From positions 480,001 to 544,000 of the forward strand of contig CAWIXE010000001.1 in NCBI GenBank assembly GCA_963840035.1: DNA of 64,000 bases, in the 5' to 3' direction. Source of the DNA: a candidate division FCPU426 bacterium (GTDB lineage: Bacteria > Oederibacteriota > PGYV01 > Palsa-1178). Shown piece by piece: positions 28,918 through 37,168 of this stretch (within the stretch, counting starts at the first letter, position 1; every line of letters starts with the position of its first letter). The position numbers and the translations under genes are program-made. The notes below the pieces were generated by a model. That model did not search any database. It was given only the letters and a program-made list of their open reading frames with translations, and was not told the origin of the DNA.

Positions 28918-29382
28918 ATGGCTGACATGTACTTTCTGGCTGATTACCCGATATACAGGGATTTTGACGCTGAAGACATAGAAATACTCGGCAAGATATG
29001 CGAGGAAAAAAAGTACGCCAACGGCCAGGCTGTTTTTAAGGAAAACGAAACAGGCGACGGTCTGTATATAATCAGGAAAGGCGTCGTAAAGATATTAAAA
29101 GAAAATAAAACAAGAAAAAAACTCATTGCCACCCTTGCCGAAGGGGAGTTTTTCGGCGAGATGTCATTGATAGACGGCTCGCCGCGCTCAGCGTCAGTGG
29201 AAGCCTCCGGCGAGGTGGAGCTTGTAAAGCTTACAAAGGACGGCTTTGAAAAATTAAAGACAGAGTATTCCCGCACGGGATTCAAGTTCGTGGGGGTGCT
29301 GCTGAAATTCATGAGTTACAGGATAAGAAGGACTACAAAGAAGGCGGCCAAGCTGATGAAGGGGAGAAAGAAGAAAAAGTAA
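28918..29382 (+). CDS. Stand-alone cyclic-nucleotide-binding domain protein
   Basis: VFKENETGDGLYIIRKG, GEFFGEMSLIDGSPRSASV; no HTH; basic tail. Confidence 0.88.
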   Translation: MADMYFLADYPIYRDFDAEDIEILGKICEEKKYANGQAVFKENETGDGLYIIRKGVVKILKENKTRKKLIATLAEGEFFGEMSLIDGSPRSASVEASGEVELVKLTKDGFEKLKTEYSRTGFKFVGVLLKFMSYRIRRTTKKAAKLMKGRKKKK

Positions 29383-29412
29383 TTTACAATTTTCAATTTA
29401 CGATTTACAATT
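29381..29412. repeat. Heptamer array (AATTTAC)x4
   Basis: aatttac aattttc aatttac gatttac aatt. Confidence 0.6.
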
Positions 29413-29479
29413 AAAGAGGTAAACTAAAGCAGGGAAAAATGTGTCAAAATAATATATGAATTTATAAACGGAGGTAATT

Positions 29480-30895
29480 ATGAAAAAAATATTTGCAATA
29501 CTGGCGTTTTTTGGCTTTGCGGCAGGTCTTTTTGCCGCCCCGAACCTTTACGTGGGTTATGATAAGGCAAAAAAAATAACAGTCATAGACTCGGCTGTAA
29601 ATGAGGCAACCGGAGACATAGTCCTGAAAACCGCCGTCTCCGACATGAAACTTGACCCGGATGACAGGTATCTATATTATACCAGCAGGGAAGCAAACGC
29701 GCTTTACAGGATAAAAACAAAGAACCTGACTGTTGACGCTGATTTTACAAGCACGGGCTACGCGCCGGTCGGGATAGCCATAAAAAATGACAACAAGGCA
29801 ATATATGTAATAAACTCCAAATCAAACAACATTTCCGTAATAGACCCGCAGACCATGGAATCAATCGGAGACCCCATCACGCTGCCGGCGAGCCCCAGGG
29901 CGATAGTAATAACCGATGACGACAGGAAAGCGTACATAGCCCTCTCGGATACCAACGGAGTGGCTCTTTTGGATATCGCGACCGGCAAGATCACCGGAGT
30001 CATACCCACCGGCGCGGACCCTTACGCGCTTACCACTTATAATAACAAACTGCTTTTTGTCACGAACGAAGGCATGGCTAGCGTCTCTGTTATAGACATG
30101 AAAAAGAACGCGGTTATAAATGAAATAGTCACCACTGACATGCCCAGGGGCATGGCTGTGTATGGCAACCTGCTTTATGTATCCGTAATGAACGGTATTG
30201 ATATTTTTGAGCTTAAAGGCTTTACCAAGCCGTCATCAGTGGGGCTTGATTATACGCCGTTTGACTGCGAATTCGGCAAAACTCCGTCAGGCCCGAGGAT
30301 ATTCTCGGCGGGTTACGCGGACGGAGCCACATCGGGTAAAGTCACCGTATTTAACCCGGCCGAAGGCGACATAATAACGGAGATAGAACTTGAAGGCGCG
30401 CCAAAGTACCTTGAGATAAGGAAAATAAAACCCACACCGGTACCGACAGCCACTTTAGTCCCGACAAAAGTGCCGACCGCCGTCCCGACGGAAGTGCCAA
30501 CAAAAGTTCCGACCATAGCCCCGACAAAGGTTCCGACAAAAATCCCGACAAAGGCGCCTACGCCGAAACCTACACCAATTCCGAAAAAGAAAAAGAAACC
30601 GACTCCGGTGCCGACAGTAGACATGATGCTCAAGGCTGACTTAAAGGGAAGGCTGTTTTTTGAGAACAGGCCGGTTGCCGCAGGCATCAAGGTAAAGGCG
30701 CTTTCAAAGCACAGCGATAAGGTTTATACGGTATTAACAGACGATAGCGGCAGGTTCATATTTGAAAAACTGCCCATAGGCGCGTATGTCGTGTCCGTGG
30801 ACGCCACTTATATAAAGGAAAAAGCAGTCCCGGTTACGGTAAACAGGGGATCAAACCCGGTTCTTGAGATCAATACCGTGAAGAGGACACAATGA
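29480..30895 (+). CDS. Exported YncE/YVTN beta-propeller + PT-repeat linker + carboxypeptidase-regulatory-like beta-sandwich
   Basis: Signal peptide; YVINSKSNNISVID and FVTNEGMASVSVID repeats; (VPTK/VPTA)n; TDDSGRFIFEKLPIGAY. Confidence 0.85.
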   Translation: MKKIFAILAFFGFAAGLFAAPNLYVGYDKAKKITVIDSAVNEATGDIVLKTAVSDMKLDPDDRYLYYTSREANALYRIKTKNLTVDADFTSTGYAPVGIAIKNDNKAIYVINSKSNNISVIDPQTMESIGDPITLPASPRAIVITDDDRKAYIALSDTNGVALLDIATGKITGVIPTGADPYALTTYNNKLLFVTNEGMASVSVIDMKKNAVINEIVTTDMPRGMAVYGNLLYVSVMNGIDIFELKGFTKPSSVGLDYTPFDCEFGKTPSGPRIFSAGYADGATSGKVTVFNPAEGDIITEIELEGAPKYLEIRKIKPTPVPTATLVPTKVPTAVPTEVPTKVPTIAPTKVPTKIPTKAPTPKPTPIPKKKKKPTPVPTVDMMLKADLKGRLFFENRPVAAGIKVKALSKHSDKVYTVLTDDSGRFIFEKLPIGAYVVSVDATYIKEKAVPVTVNRGSNPVLEINTVKRTQ

Positions 30896-31791
30896 AGAAA
30901 CATCACGCAAAAGCAAAGGACGCTGACGCGATAAAGAAGGAAAAGGAAGGGGTCATTATCCTTTCCGTGGCGTCCAACGCGGTGCTTGTCATATTCAAGC
31001 TTATAATAGGCTTTATGACAGGATTGGTAAGCGTTATAGCAGAGGCGCTGCATTCAGCAAATGACCTGCTGGCATCAGTCATAGCCTACTTCGGGGTTAA
31101 GGGGTCTTTAAGGCCGCCTGACAAGGAACATCCTTACGGACACGGCAAGGTGGAGATAATAACCGGATGGATAGAAAATTTTCTCATCCTGATAATAGGG
31201 ATAGGGATTATTTATGAGGGATATAAAAAGTTCACGGAAAGGTCTGAGCCAAAGCTTATTATCGTAGGTATAGCCATAATGATACTTTCCGGCATAGTCA
31301 ACTGGTTTGTCTCGGTATACCTGATTAAAAAAGGCAAGGAACTCCGGTCAGTTGGCATAGAAGTTGACGGGGAACACCTGCGCGCCGATGTCATCACTTC
31401 TTTCGGAATTGCCGCGGCGCTTATAGTCATGCAGTTAAGCGGAATATGGTGGCTTGACCCGCTTGGAGCGGTTTTCGTGGGGGTATGGGTACTCGGCATA
31501 TTTGTGAGGCTTTCATACAAGCTCACGCACCAGATTATTGACATGGGGCTTTCTGACGAAGAGACAGCAAGGATCGAAGAAGTCCTGAGAAACACAAAGG
31601 GAATTAAGGAATACCATAAGTTAAGGACCCGCCAGAGCGGATCAACAGTATTTATAGACATGCACGTTTTAGTTGACGGCAAAATGACCGTGAAGGCGTC
31701 CCATGACATGACTGAAAAGATACAGAAACAATTAAGGCATATGTTCGGGGATGTTAATTCAATGATACATGTGGAACCATATAACAAATAA
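30892..31791 (+). CDS. Cation diffusion facilitator family transporter (FieF-like)
   Basis: AEALHSAND, PPDKEHPYGHGKVE, HLRADV, LRTRQSG, IHVEP. Confidence 0.93.
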   Translation: MKKHHAKAKDADAIKKEKEGVIILSVASNAVLVIFKLIIGFMTGLVSVIAEALHSANDLLASVIAYFGVKGSLRPPDKEHPYGHGKVEIITGWIENFLILIIGIGIIYEGYKKFTERSEPKLIIVGIAIMILSGIVNWFVSVYLIKKGKELRSVGIEVDGEHLRADVITSFGIAAALIVMQLSGIWWLDPLGAVFVGVWVLGIFVRLSYKLTHQIIDMGLSDEETARIEEVLRNTKGIKEYHKLRTRQSGSTVFIDMHVLVDGKMTVKASHDMTEKIQKQLRHMFGDVNSMIHVEPYNK

Positions 31792-31825
31792 TTTTATATT
31801 TTCAATTTTAGATTTGAAATTTGAA
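31791..31825. repeat. Heptamer array (ATTTWNN)x5 between convergent genes
   Basis: attttat attttca attttag atttgaa atttgaa. Confidence 0.5.
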
Positions 31826-31835
31826 AAACGGAAGG

Positions 31836-32774
31836 TCAGAAGCTTTTTACTTCAACACACTTCAGATACTTTAACACGTTTTTCCTGTCAATAAAACACG
31901 ACCCCAGCCTTTCCAGGTTCGCGGCCGCAGCGGCCACAGCCCATTTGCATGACTTCTCCATGTCCATGCCTTTTGAGAGCCCGTATACAAGCCCTGCTGA
32001 GAACGCGTCCCCGGAACCTACAGGGGAAACAAGATATTTTACCTTAAGCGCGGGGTAAAAAAGGAAAGAGCCGCGGTCAAACAGCACGGCGCCTTTTTCA
32101 TTAAGCGTTACTATGATGACGGGCACGCCGTATTTTGAGGAGATTTTTACGATGAATTTTTTAAGCGCCGCCTTCCCTTCAAGTTTCACATTAAAAGCTG
32201 ATTCGAGTTCGTGTATGTTCTGCTTTAATATTTGGGGCCTGCCTTTTATGCCGTGCATGAGGTATTTGGAGGAAGTGTCCAGCAGCACCGCTGCGTTGTC
32301 GCGGGTTGTTTCAACCGCTGTCCTGTAAAAGTCAGCTGGCAGGGAAACCGGAAGGCTGCCCGAGAGGACCACGTGCGAGGACTTCTTTGAAAGAACCCCG
32401 AGTTTTTTTAAAAGAAGGCTTATTTCCTTTTTTGTTATATCAATGTCCGATTCGCTGTTGATGACAGTCTCACAGGCGCGGACGGATGTGTCCGTAATAA
32501 GAAGGCATATCCTGTTTGAGCCGGTGCATGTGACAAAGTCCGAGTCCACATTGTGGTGGCTTAAAAAATGGGAAGTCTCGCGCGAGTCCCTGATGCCCAC
32601 AAATCCCGTGGCAAATGTATCGGCTCCGAGCGCGGATAAGGCGCGCGATACGTTGGTGCCTTTGCCCCCGGGATAGGAGTAAATTGTCTTTGTGCGGGAA
32701 ACTGAGCCGGCATTGAGCTTTTTAACGGGGGCTACAATGTCAATGGCGGGGTTTAAGGTTACGGTAAGTATCAT
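31836..32774 (-). CDS. 1-phosphofructokinase-family hexose kinase (PfkB)
   Basis: ILTVTLNPAID, GGKGTNVSRAL, LSGSLP, VGSGDAF. Confidence 0.9.
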   Translation of the reverse strand: MILTVTLNPAIDIVAPVKKLNAGSVSRTKTIYSYPGGKGTNVSRALSALGADTFATGFVGIRDSRETSHFLSHHNVDSDFVTCTGSNRICLLITDTSVRACETVINSESDIDITKKEISLLLKKLGVLSKKSSHVVLSGSLPVSLPADFYRTAVETTRDNAAVLLDTSSKYLMHGIKGRPQILKQNIHELESAFNVKLEGKAALKKFIVKISSKYGVPVIIVTLNEKGAVLFDRGSFLFYPALKVKYLVSPVGSGDAFSAGLVYGLSKGMDMEKSCKWAVAAAAANLERLGSCFIDRKNVLKYLKCVEVKSF

Positions 32775-33643
32775 TTTACAAAATAAACTATTATGATGGC
32801 GGTTATTACATAAAGGATGATGTTGATGATCATGGGCCGGTCTTTCAGGAATACTGCCTCTGGCGAGCCGCCTAAGTTCTTCTTGTGCATTAAGTACAGG
32901 TAGCGGAAAATGCCGTAAAGCACGAAAGGTATGGTCAGCATGAGAAGGTTGTGGCGCGCAGCTGTTTCCGAGGTAAAGGTGTAAAGCGAATAGGCAATGA
33001 CTGTTGAGGCGGTAACAACGGATATCATCTGGTCCAGGAGCTGCACCGAATACTCATCTAAAATTTTTCTGTGTTTATTGGCCTCGGGCAGCGAGAGCTC
33101 ATGGCGCCTTTTTGCCATGGCCACAAATAATGTGACAAGGGTGGTGCATATGATAAGCCACGGGGATATGGTAACCGAAATAACCACCGCGCCGGCGATT
33201 GCGCGCAGCACGTAGAACGCGGACAGCAGGAACACGTCAAGTATGACTATGTGTTTTAATTTAATGGTATAGAGCGTGGTTAAAACAAGGTAAACCGCTA
33301 TGACAATGCCAAAATTAAAATTCAGGGCGAAAGAGCCTGCCAGGGAAATGATCATCAGAATAAAGCTTAAAACAAACGCGAAGTTTTTATCCACCGCTCC
33401 CGATGCTATGGGGCGGTTTTTCTTTTCGGAATGGAGGCGGTCTTCCTTATAGTCGGAGATGTCGTTCATTATATAGAGCGAGCTTGCGGCGAAACACAGC
33501 AGGAAAAAAGCGACGGTTGTCTTGAAAAAATAAAGCTGGTTAAAAAGGTTGCTTGTGAATATGAGGGCGGCGTAAACGAGGAAATTCTTGGACCACTGTT
33601 TTACCCGGAGCAGATCGAGTATAACCCTGGCTTGGAGTTTCAT
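32771..33643 (-). CDS. Decaprenyl-phosphate phosphoribosyltransferase-like UbiA prenyltransferase
   Basis: LRVKQWSKN, YIMNDISD..EDRLH..KKNRPIASG, LKHIVILDV, KRRHEL, YGIFRYLY..GGSPE. Confidence 0.9.
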   Translation of the reverse strand: MKLQARVILDLLRVKQWSKNFLVYAALIFTSNLFNQLYFFKTTVAFFLLCFAASSLYIMNDISDYKEDRLHSEKKNRPIASGAVDKNFAFVLSFILMIISLAGSFALNFNFGIVIAVYLVLTTLYTIKLKHIVILDVFLLSAFYVLRAIAGAVVISVTISPWLIICTTLVTLFVAMAKRRHELSLPEANKHRKILDEYSVQLLDQMISVVTASTVIAYSLYTFTSETAARHNLLMLTIPFVLYGIFRYLYLMHKKNLGGSPEAVFLKDRPMIINIILYVITAIIIVYFVK

Positions 33644-33646
33644 TTA

Positions 33647-34267
33647 TTAGGGGTTAAGCCTGATGTAGTCTATGTAAAGCGTTATGTCTTTTGGCTGGCC
33701 CTTGGTGTCCATATAAATGGAAAATGAGGTCATGTTCGTAAGGTCAATCCTCGCGGTTTTGACGTCTTCCAGGAGTATTTCAACTTTATTCCTGCCGTTT
33801 TTCATGGGCCTCTGGGCAAGGTACTCTTTTCCTGAGGCGTCCACAAGCTTTATGAAAATGTCGGGGGAGGTCTGGTCAGCCACATATACGTCAAAGGCGA
33901 ATTTCTTATAGCCTGTCCAGTCTATGGTCCTTAAGGGTGTTAATGTCGAGATGGACATGGTCATGGAGGATATCCATGTGGTAACCCTGGCTGCCTGCGT
34001 GGTTGTCAGGAAATCAACCGGGACTGAAAATACAGCCTTGGCTGAGAACTTTCCTTTTGTGGCGTACTTTTTCATCTGTTCCAGGTTCACATAGCCGTTT
34101 GTTTCAATCTCAAAATCGCCGATTGAAATCTCGCTGGCGACGGTTTCAAAGCTGTTTATGACCTCAAGCGGCTTCTTTTTTGACTTTGCGTTGCCGCAGC
34201 CGGTCAAAAGAAGGAGAAAACTGAGTATAATAACGGTAAAAACCTTTAAAACGCGGCTATCTTTCAC
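33647..34267 (-). CDS. Lipoprotein with a galactose-binding/CBM-like domain
   Basis: Lipobox LLTGC; DWTGYKKFAFDVY..; LYIDYIRL. Confidence 0.7.
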   Translation of the reverse strand: MKDSRVLKVFTVIILSFLLLLTGCGNAKSKKKPLEVINSFETVASEISIGDFEIETNGYVNLEQMKKYATKGKFSAKAVFSVPVDFLTTTQAARVTTWISSMTMSISTLTPLRTIDWTGYKKFAFDVYVADQTSPDIFIKLVDASGKEYLAQRPMKNGRNKVEILLEDVKTARIDLTNMTSFSIYMDTKGQPKDITLYIDYIRLNP

Positions 34268-34418
34268 AATTGCCCTCCGTGAAAATAAGTTTTAGATTAC
34301 GGATATTTTAGCAATAATGTCCTCAATTGTCAATTATCAATAATGGTCAATTTTCTTTACAACGCGCCCGCTTTTTGTTATCGTATTAGCATATCATATA
34401 AAAGGAGACATCCGGAGT

Positions 34419-35750
34419 ATGGCCGAATTTACCCCCGAATTTAAGGATTTTCTTAAAAAATACAGGATAGAGTTCCTCTTAGCCGCCATCGCGGCCATAA
34501 TAATATTTGAGATATCCTTTGCCTTCGCAGGAAAGTCCATCATAGGATTTGTAAAGGAGGAGTGGGGCATAAGGGGTTACAACCTCATTGTATTCATTAT
34601 GGGGCTGGTGCTGTTATTTGCCGCCCTTATTTCATACCCCAAGATATACAAGTTCAAGATACTCTTATCCGCGTCGGCGCTGGTCTCATACATGATCATG
34701 TTCACCATGATAACGAACATATTCCCGGTCAAAATAGCGGTCATGGATTTCAGGCTGGATTTTTACGAGCCTGCCTGGCGCGACGGGATGAGGTTTTCAA
34801 ACACTTTTTTGATGACATTACTTAACTTAAACCTCCTGGGCGTGGTGCTGGTAAACTCCACGGTGAATTATAATAAGGGAAAAGCATCCGCGCTCTGGGC
34901 GTTTTTGGGAAATCTCGCGCTTTCCATGCTTGTGATATTCTTAATCGAAGGAAATTATTTCATAGACCGCACCACAAAAACAGGCTTTGTGAAATTCGCC
35001 GGGGATTTTGTGGACGCGTTTAACAAATATGTCCTGCCGCTGAATTTCCTTGTTTTCATATTCATGGCCGTGCTTTCGGTTTTTAATATTGAAGAAGAAC
35101 ACAATTACGGCTCCATAATCATGGCCATTGCCTCGCTTAATTTTTACACGCTGCTTGTGCTTTTATACCCGGACGGATACTGGAAACTGAAGCTCATGCT
35201 GCCATTCATGTCGCTCATACTCATCGTGGGGATATTCGTGCACTGGATGGCGTGCCTGCACCACAAAGCGCATTATGACCCGCTCTTAAAGATATATAAC
35301 CGCCAGCATATGGATTCGATCATAAGCGGCGTGGCGGACATAAAGCTTGGAAAGGCTTTTTCCGTTTTTATGTGCGACATAGACCACTTCAAGGCTGTAA
35401 ACGACACATACGGCCACGGCGCCGGGGACGAAGTGCTCTTCCGCGTGGCGCAGGTCATACGCGACACGGCGCTGCCTGAGGGCGTGGTGTGCAGGTACGG
35501 CGGCGAGGAAATCATAGTTTTCATCCGCGAAAAGACAGAAGAGGAAGCCGTGCTCAAGGCGGAAAAAATAAGGAAAGAAGTAAAAAAACAGACAGTGAAG
35601 GTCAAGTCAAAATCCATAAAAGTAACCATGTCCATAGGCGTGGCCTCGACTACCAAGGGCATTGAGGATATAAATAAAATGATAAAGCGCGCTGATGAGA
35701 ATGTTTATAAGGCAAAAAAACGCGGCCGCGATAAAGTGGTGTCGGAGTAA
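34419..35750 (+). CDS. Membrane-bound diguanylate cyclase (GGDEF domain)
   Basis: About 8 TM helices; DPLLKIYNR, DIDHFKAVNDTYGH, RYGGEEI, AD..VY.AKKRGRD. Confidence 0.92.
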   Translation: MAEFTPEFKDFLKKYRIEFLLAAIAAIIIFEISFAFAGKSIIGFVKEEWGIRGYNLIVFIMGLVLLFAALISYPKIYKFKILLSASALVSYMIMFTMITNIFPVKIAVMDFRLDFYEPAWRDGMRFSNTFLMTLLNLNLLGVVLVNSTVNYNKGKASALWAFLGNLALSMLVIFLIEGNYFIDRTTKTGFVKFAGDFVDAFNKYVLPLNFLVFIFMAVLSVFNIEEEHNYGSIIMAIASLNFYTLLVLLYPDGYWKLKLMLPFMSLILIVGIFVHWMACLHHKAHYDPLLKIYNRQHMDSIISGVADIKLGKAFSVFMCDIDHFKAVNDTYGHGAGDEVLFRVAQVIRDTALPEGVVCRYGGEEIIVFIREKTEEEAVLKAEKIRKEVKKQTVKVKSKSIKVTMSIGVASTTKGIEDINKMIKRADENVYKAKKRGRDKVVSE

Positions 35751-35861
35751 ACAAAATTTTCAATTTAAAACCATCGTAAAATAACAAATAATATAATGAA
35801 CTTTGAAGGCTGCCCCGCCGTCTAACATTTGAAAGGCAAAAAATTCAGGCAGGAGGGCGGC

Positions 35862-36215
35862 ATGAAAAAGATAGCTTTGTTTTTAACGGCTGTATTTATC
35901 GCGGCTCTTGCCATTTACGCGCAGGCAGACGCGGCCGTTGACTCCTCCTATAATTCACCCCTCAAATACTCAAATGCGGCAACCGGCAGCCTTAAATTTA
36001 TTTCCCATAAAAAACACAGCCACAGCGCGCCTGTAAAAGGCGGCCATAAGACATCCATAACAGGGGAAGAAAGAGAAAATGAGGAGATACAGGCAATACC
36101 TGTGGCCCTTAAACTCAATACCCGGCCAAACGTTATAGCCTCCGTAAATACTTTAATAAACAATACAACATACAAAGAGAAGACAAACTTAACCATCCTG
36201 AAAACCCGTAAATAA
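35862..36215 (+). CDS. Small exported hypothetical protein
   Basis: AGGAGG RBS; MKKIALFLTAVFIAALAIYA signal; HKKHSH patch. Confidence 0.65.
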   Translation: MKKIALFLTAVFIAALAIYAQADAAVDSSYNSPLKYSNAATGSLKFISHKKHSHSAPVKGGHKTSITGEERENEEIQAIPVALKLNTRPNVIASVNTLINNTTYKEKTNLTILKTRK

Positions 36216-36289
36216 ACTCCTTTTCATTTTTTATCTGTTTTTGACGCTATTTTTATGCCAAAAAACAAAAAAATAAAAGGAGAACTACC

Positions 36290-36508
36290 ATGAAAAAACT
36301 AATAGCCCTTATCCTCTCGCTCGCTTTTGTATCAGCCTTTGCCTTAGCCGCGGAAAAACCGGCTGTAAAAGTTCCTGTTTCAGCATCAGTTACGGCGCCG
36401 GCCGCGGTTACACCGGCCGCAAAAACGGCAAAAGTTTACAAAAAGTCAAAGAAAATTTCTGCCGTCAAGGCAGGAACAGCAGTTTCTGTTAAGCCGGCTG
36501 TGAAGTAA
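36290..36508 (+). CDS. Small exported Ala/Lys/Pro-rich peptide (Asr-like)
   Basis: AGGAG RBS; MKKLIALILSLAFVSAFALA/AE; low-complexity basic mature part. Confidence 0.8.
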   Translation: MKKLIALILSLAFVSAFALAAEKPAVKVPVSASVTAPAAVTPAAKTAKVYKKSKKISAVKAGTAVSVKPAVK

Positions 36509-36588
36509 GGATCCTACCAGGGAAGGCGCGCTGTATATGTATCGCGCAGGGCGCGCCTTCCCGACCAAAAAAAATCAGGAGGCGTTTT

Positions 36589-36765
36589 ATGAAAAAATTA
36601 ATTGTAATAGCAATGGCGGCAATGATAATGGCAGCGGCGGCTTTTGCGGCTGAAACAACAGCACCTTCAGGGATGGCGGTTGCAAAGCACGCAAAGCACG
36701 TCAAGCATGTAAAGCACCATAAAAGTACCACGGCAAAGGTTACAGCCACACCTGAAACAAAGTAA
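36589..36765 (+). CDS. Small exported Ala/Lys/His-rich peptide (Asr-like), 58 aa, absent from the ORF track
   Basis: AGGAGG RBS; MKKLIVIAMAAMIMAAAAFA/AETTAPSGMAVAKHAKHVKHVKHHKSTTAKVTATPETK*. Confidence 0.8.
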   Translation: MKKLIVIAMAAMIMAAAAFAAETTAPSGMAVAKHAKHVKHVKHHKSTTAKVTATPETK

Positions 36766-36851
36766 AAAACAGTGCGCGCCCGCTAAAAGCGCGGCAGGCG
36801 CGGACGGACATGCGCAATAAAAGCGCTAAAAAAAACAATGGAGGATTTGAA

Positions 36852-37088
36852 ATGAAAAAAATTATCGTACTGGCAACAGCAGCTTTATTCGCGGTATCAA
36901 TGGCATTCGCGGCGGAAACAAAAGCGCCGGCACCGGCAGCTACAGTGGCGGCGGCAGCAGCTTCAACAACACCGGCGGCTAAAGACGCGGTTGTTAAAAA
37001 GGGAAAAAAAGGAAAAAAGGGAAAAAAGGCGGCGGAGGCAACAGCAGCGGTTACACCGGCAGCAGCAGTAACTCCGGCCGCAAAGTAA
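36852..37088 (+). CDS. Small exported Ala/Lys-rich peptide (Asr-like)
   Basis: GGAGG RBS; MKKIIVLATAALFAVSMAFA/AETKAPAP..KKGKKGKKGKK. Confidence 0.8.
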   Translation: MKKIIVLATAALFAVSMAFAAETKAPAPAATVAAAAASTTPAAKDAVVKKGKKGKKGKKAAEATAAVTPAAAVTPAAK

Positions 37089-37115
37089 TCAGATAAAAAG
37101 AGTTCGAGTGCTATT

Positions 37116-37141
37116 GGGGCATGCCGCGCAGGGCATGCCCC
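37116..37141. terminator. GC-rich hairpin between convergent genes
   Basis: ggggcatgcc-gcgcag-ggcatgcccc. Confidence 0.6.
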
Positions 37142-37168
37142 TTGGCATTTCATGATATGAATTGCAAA

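Noticed and set aside
30430..30615. 12-bp-period DNA repeats as a contingency locus
   Set aside because: They are explained by the encoded (xPTx)n linker with synonymous variation, and remain in frame.
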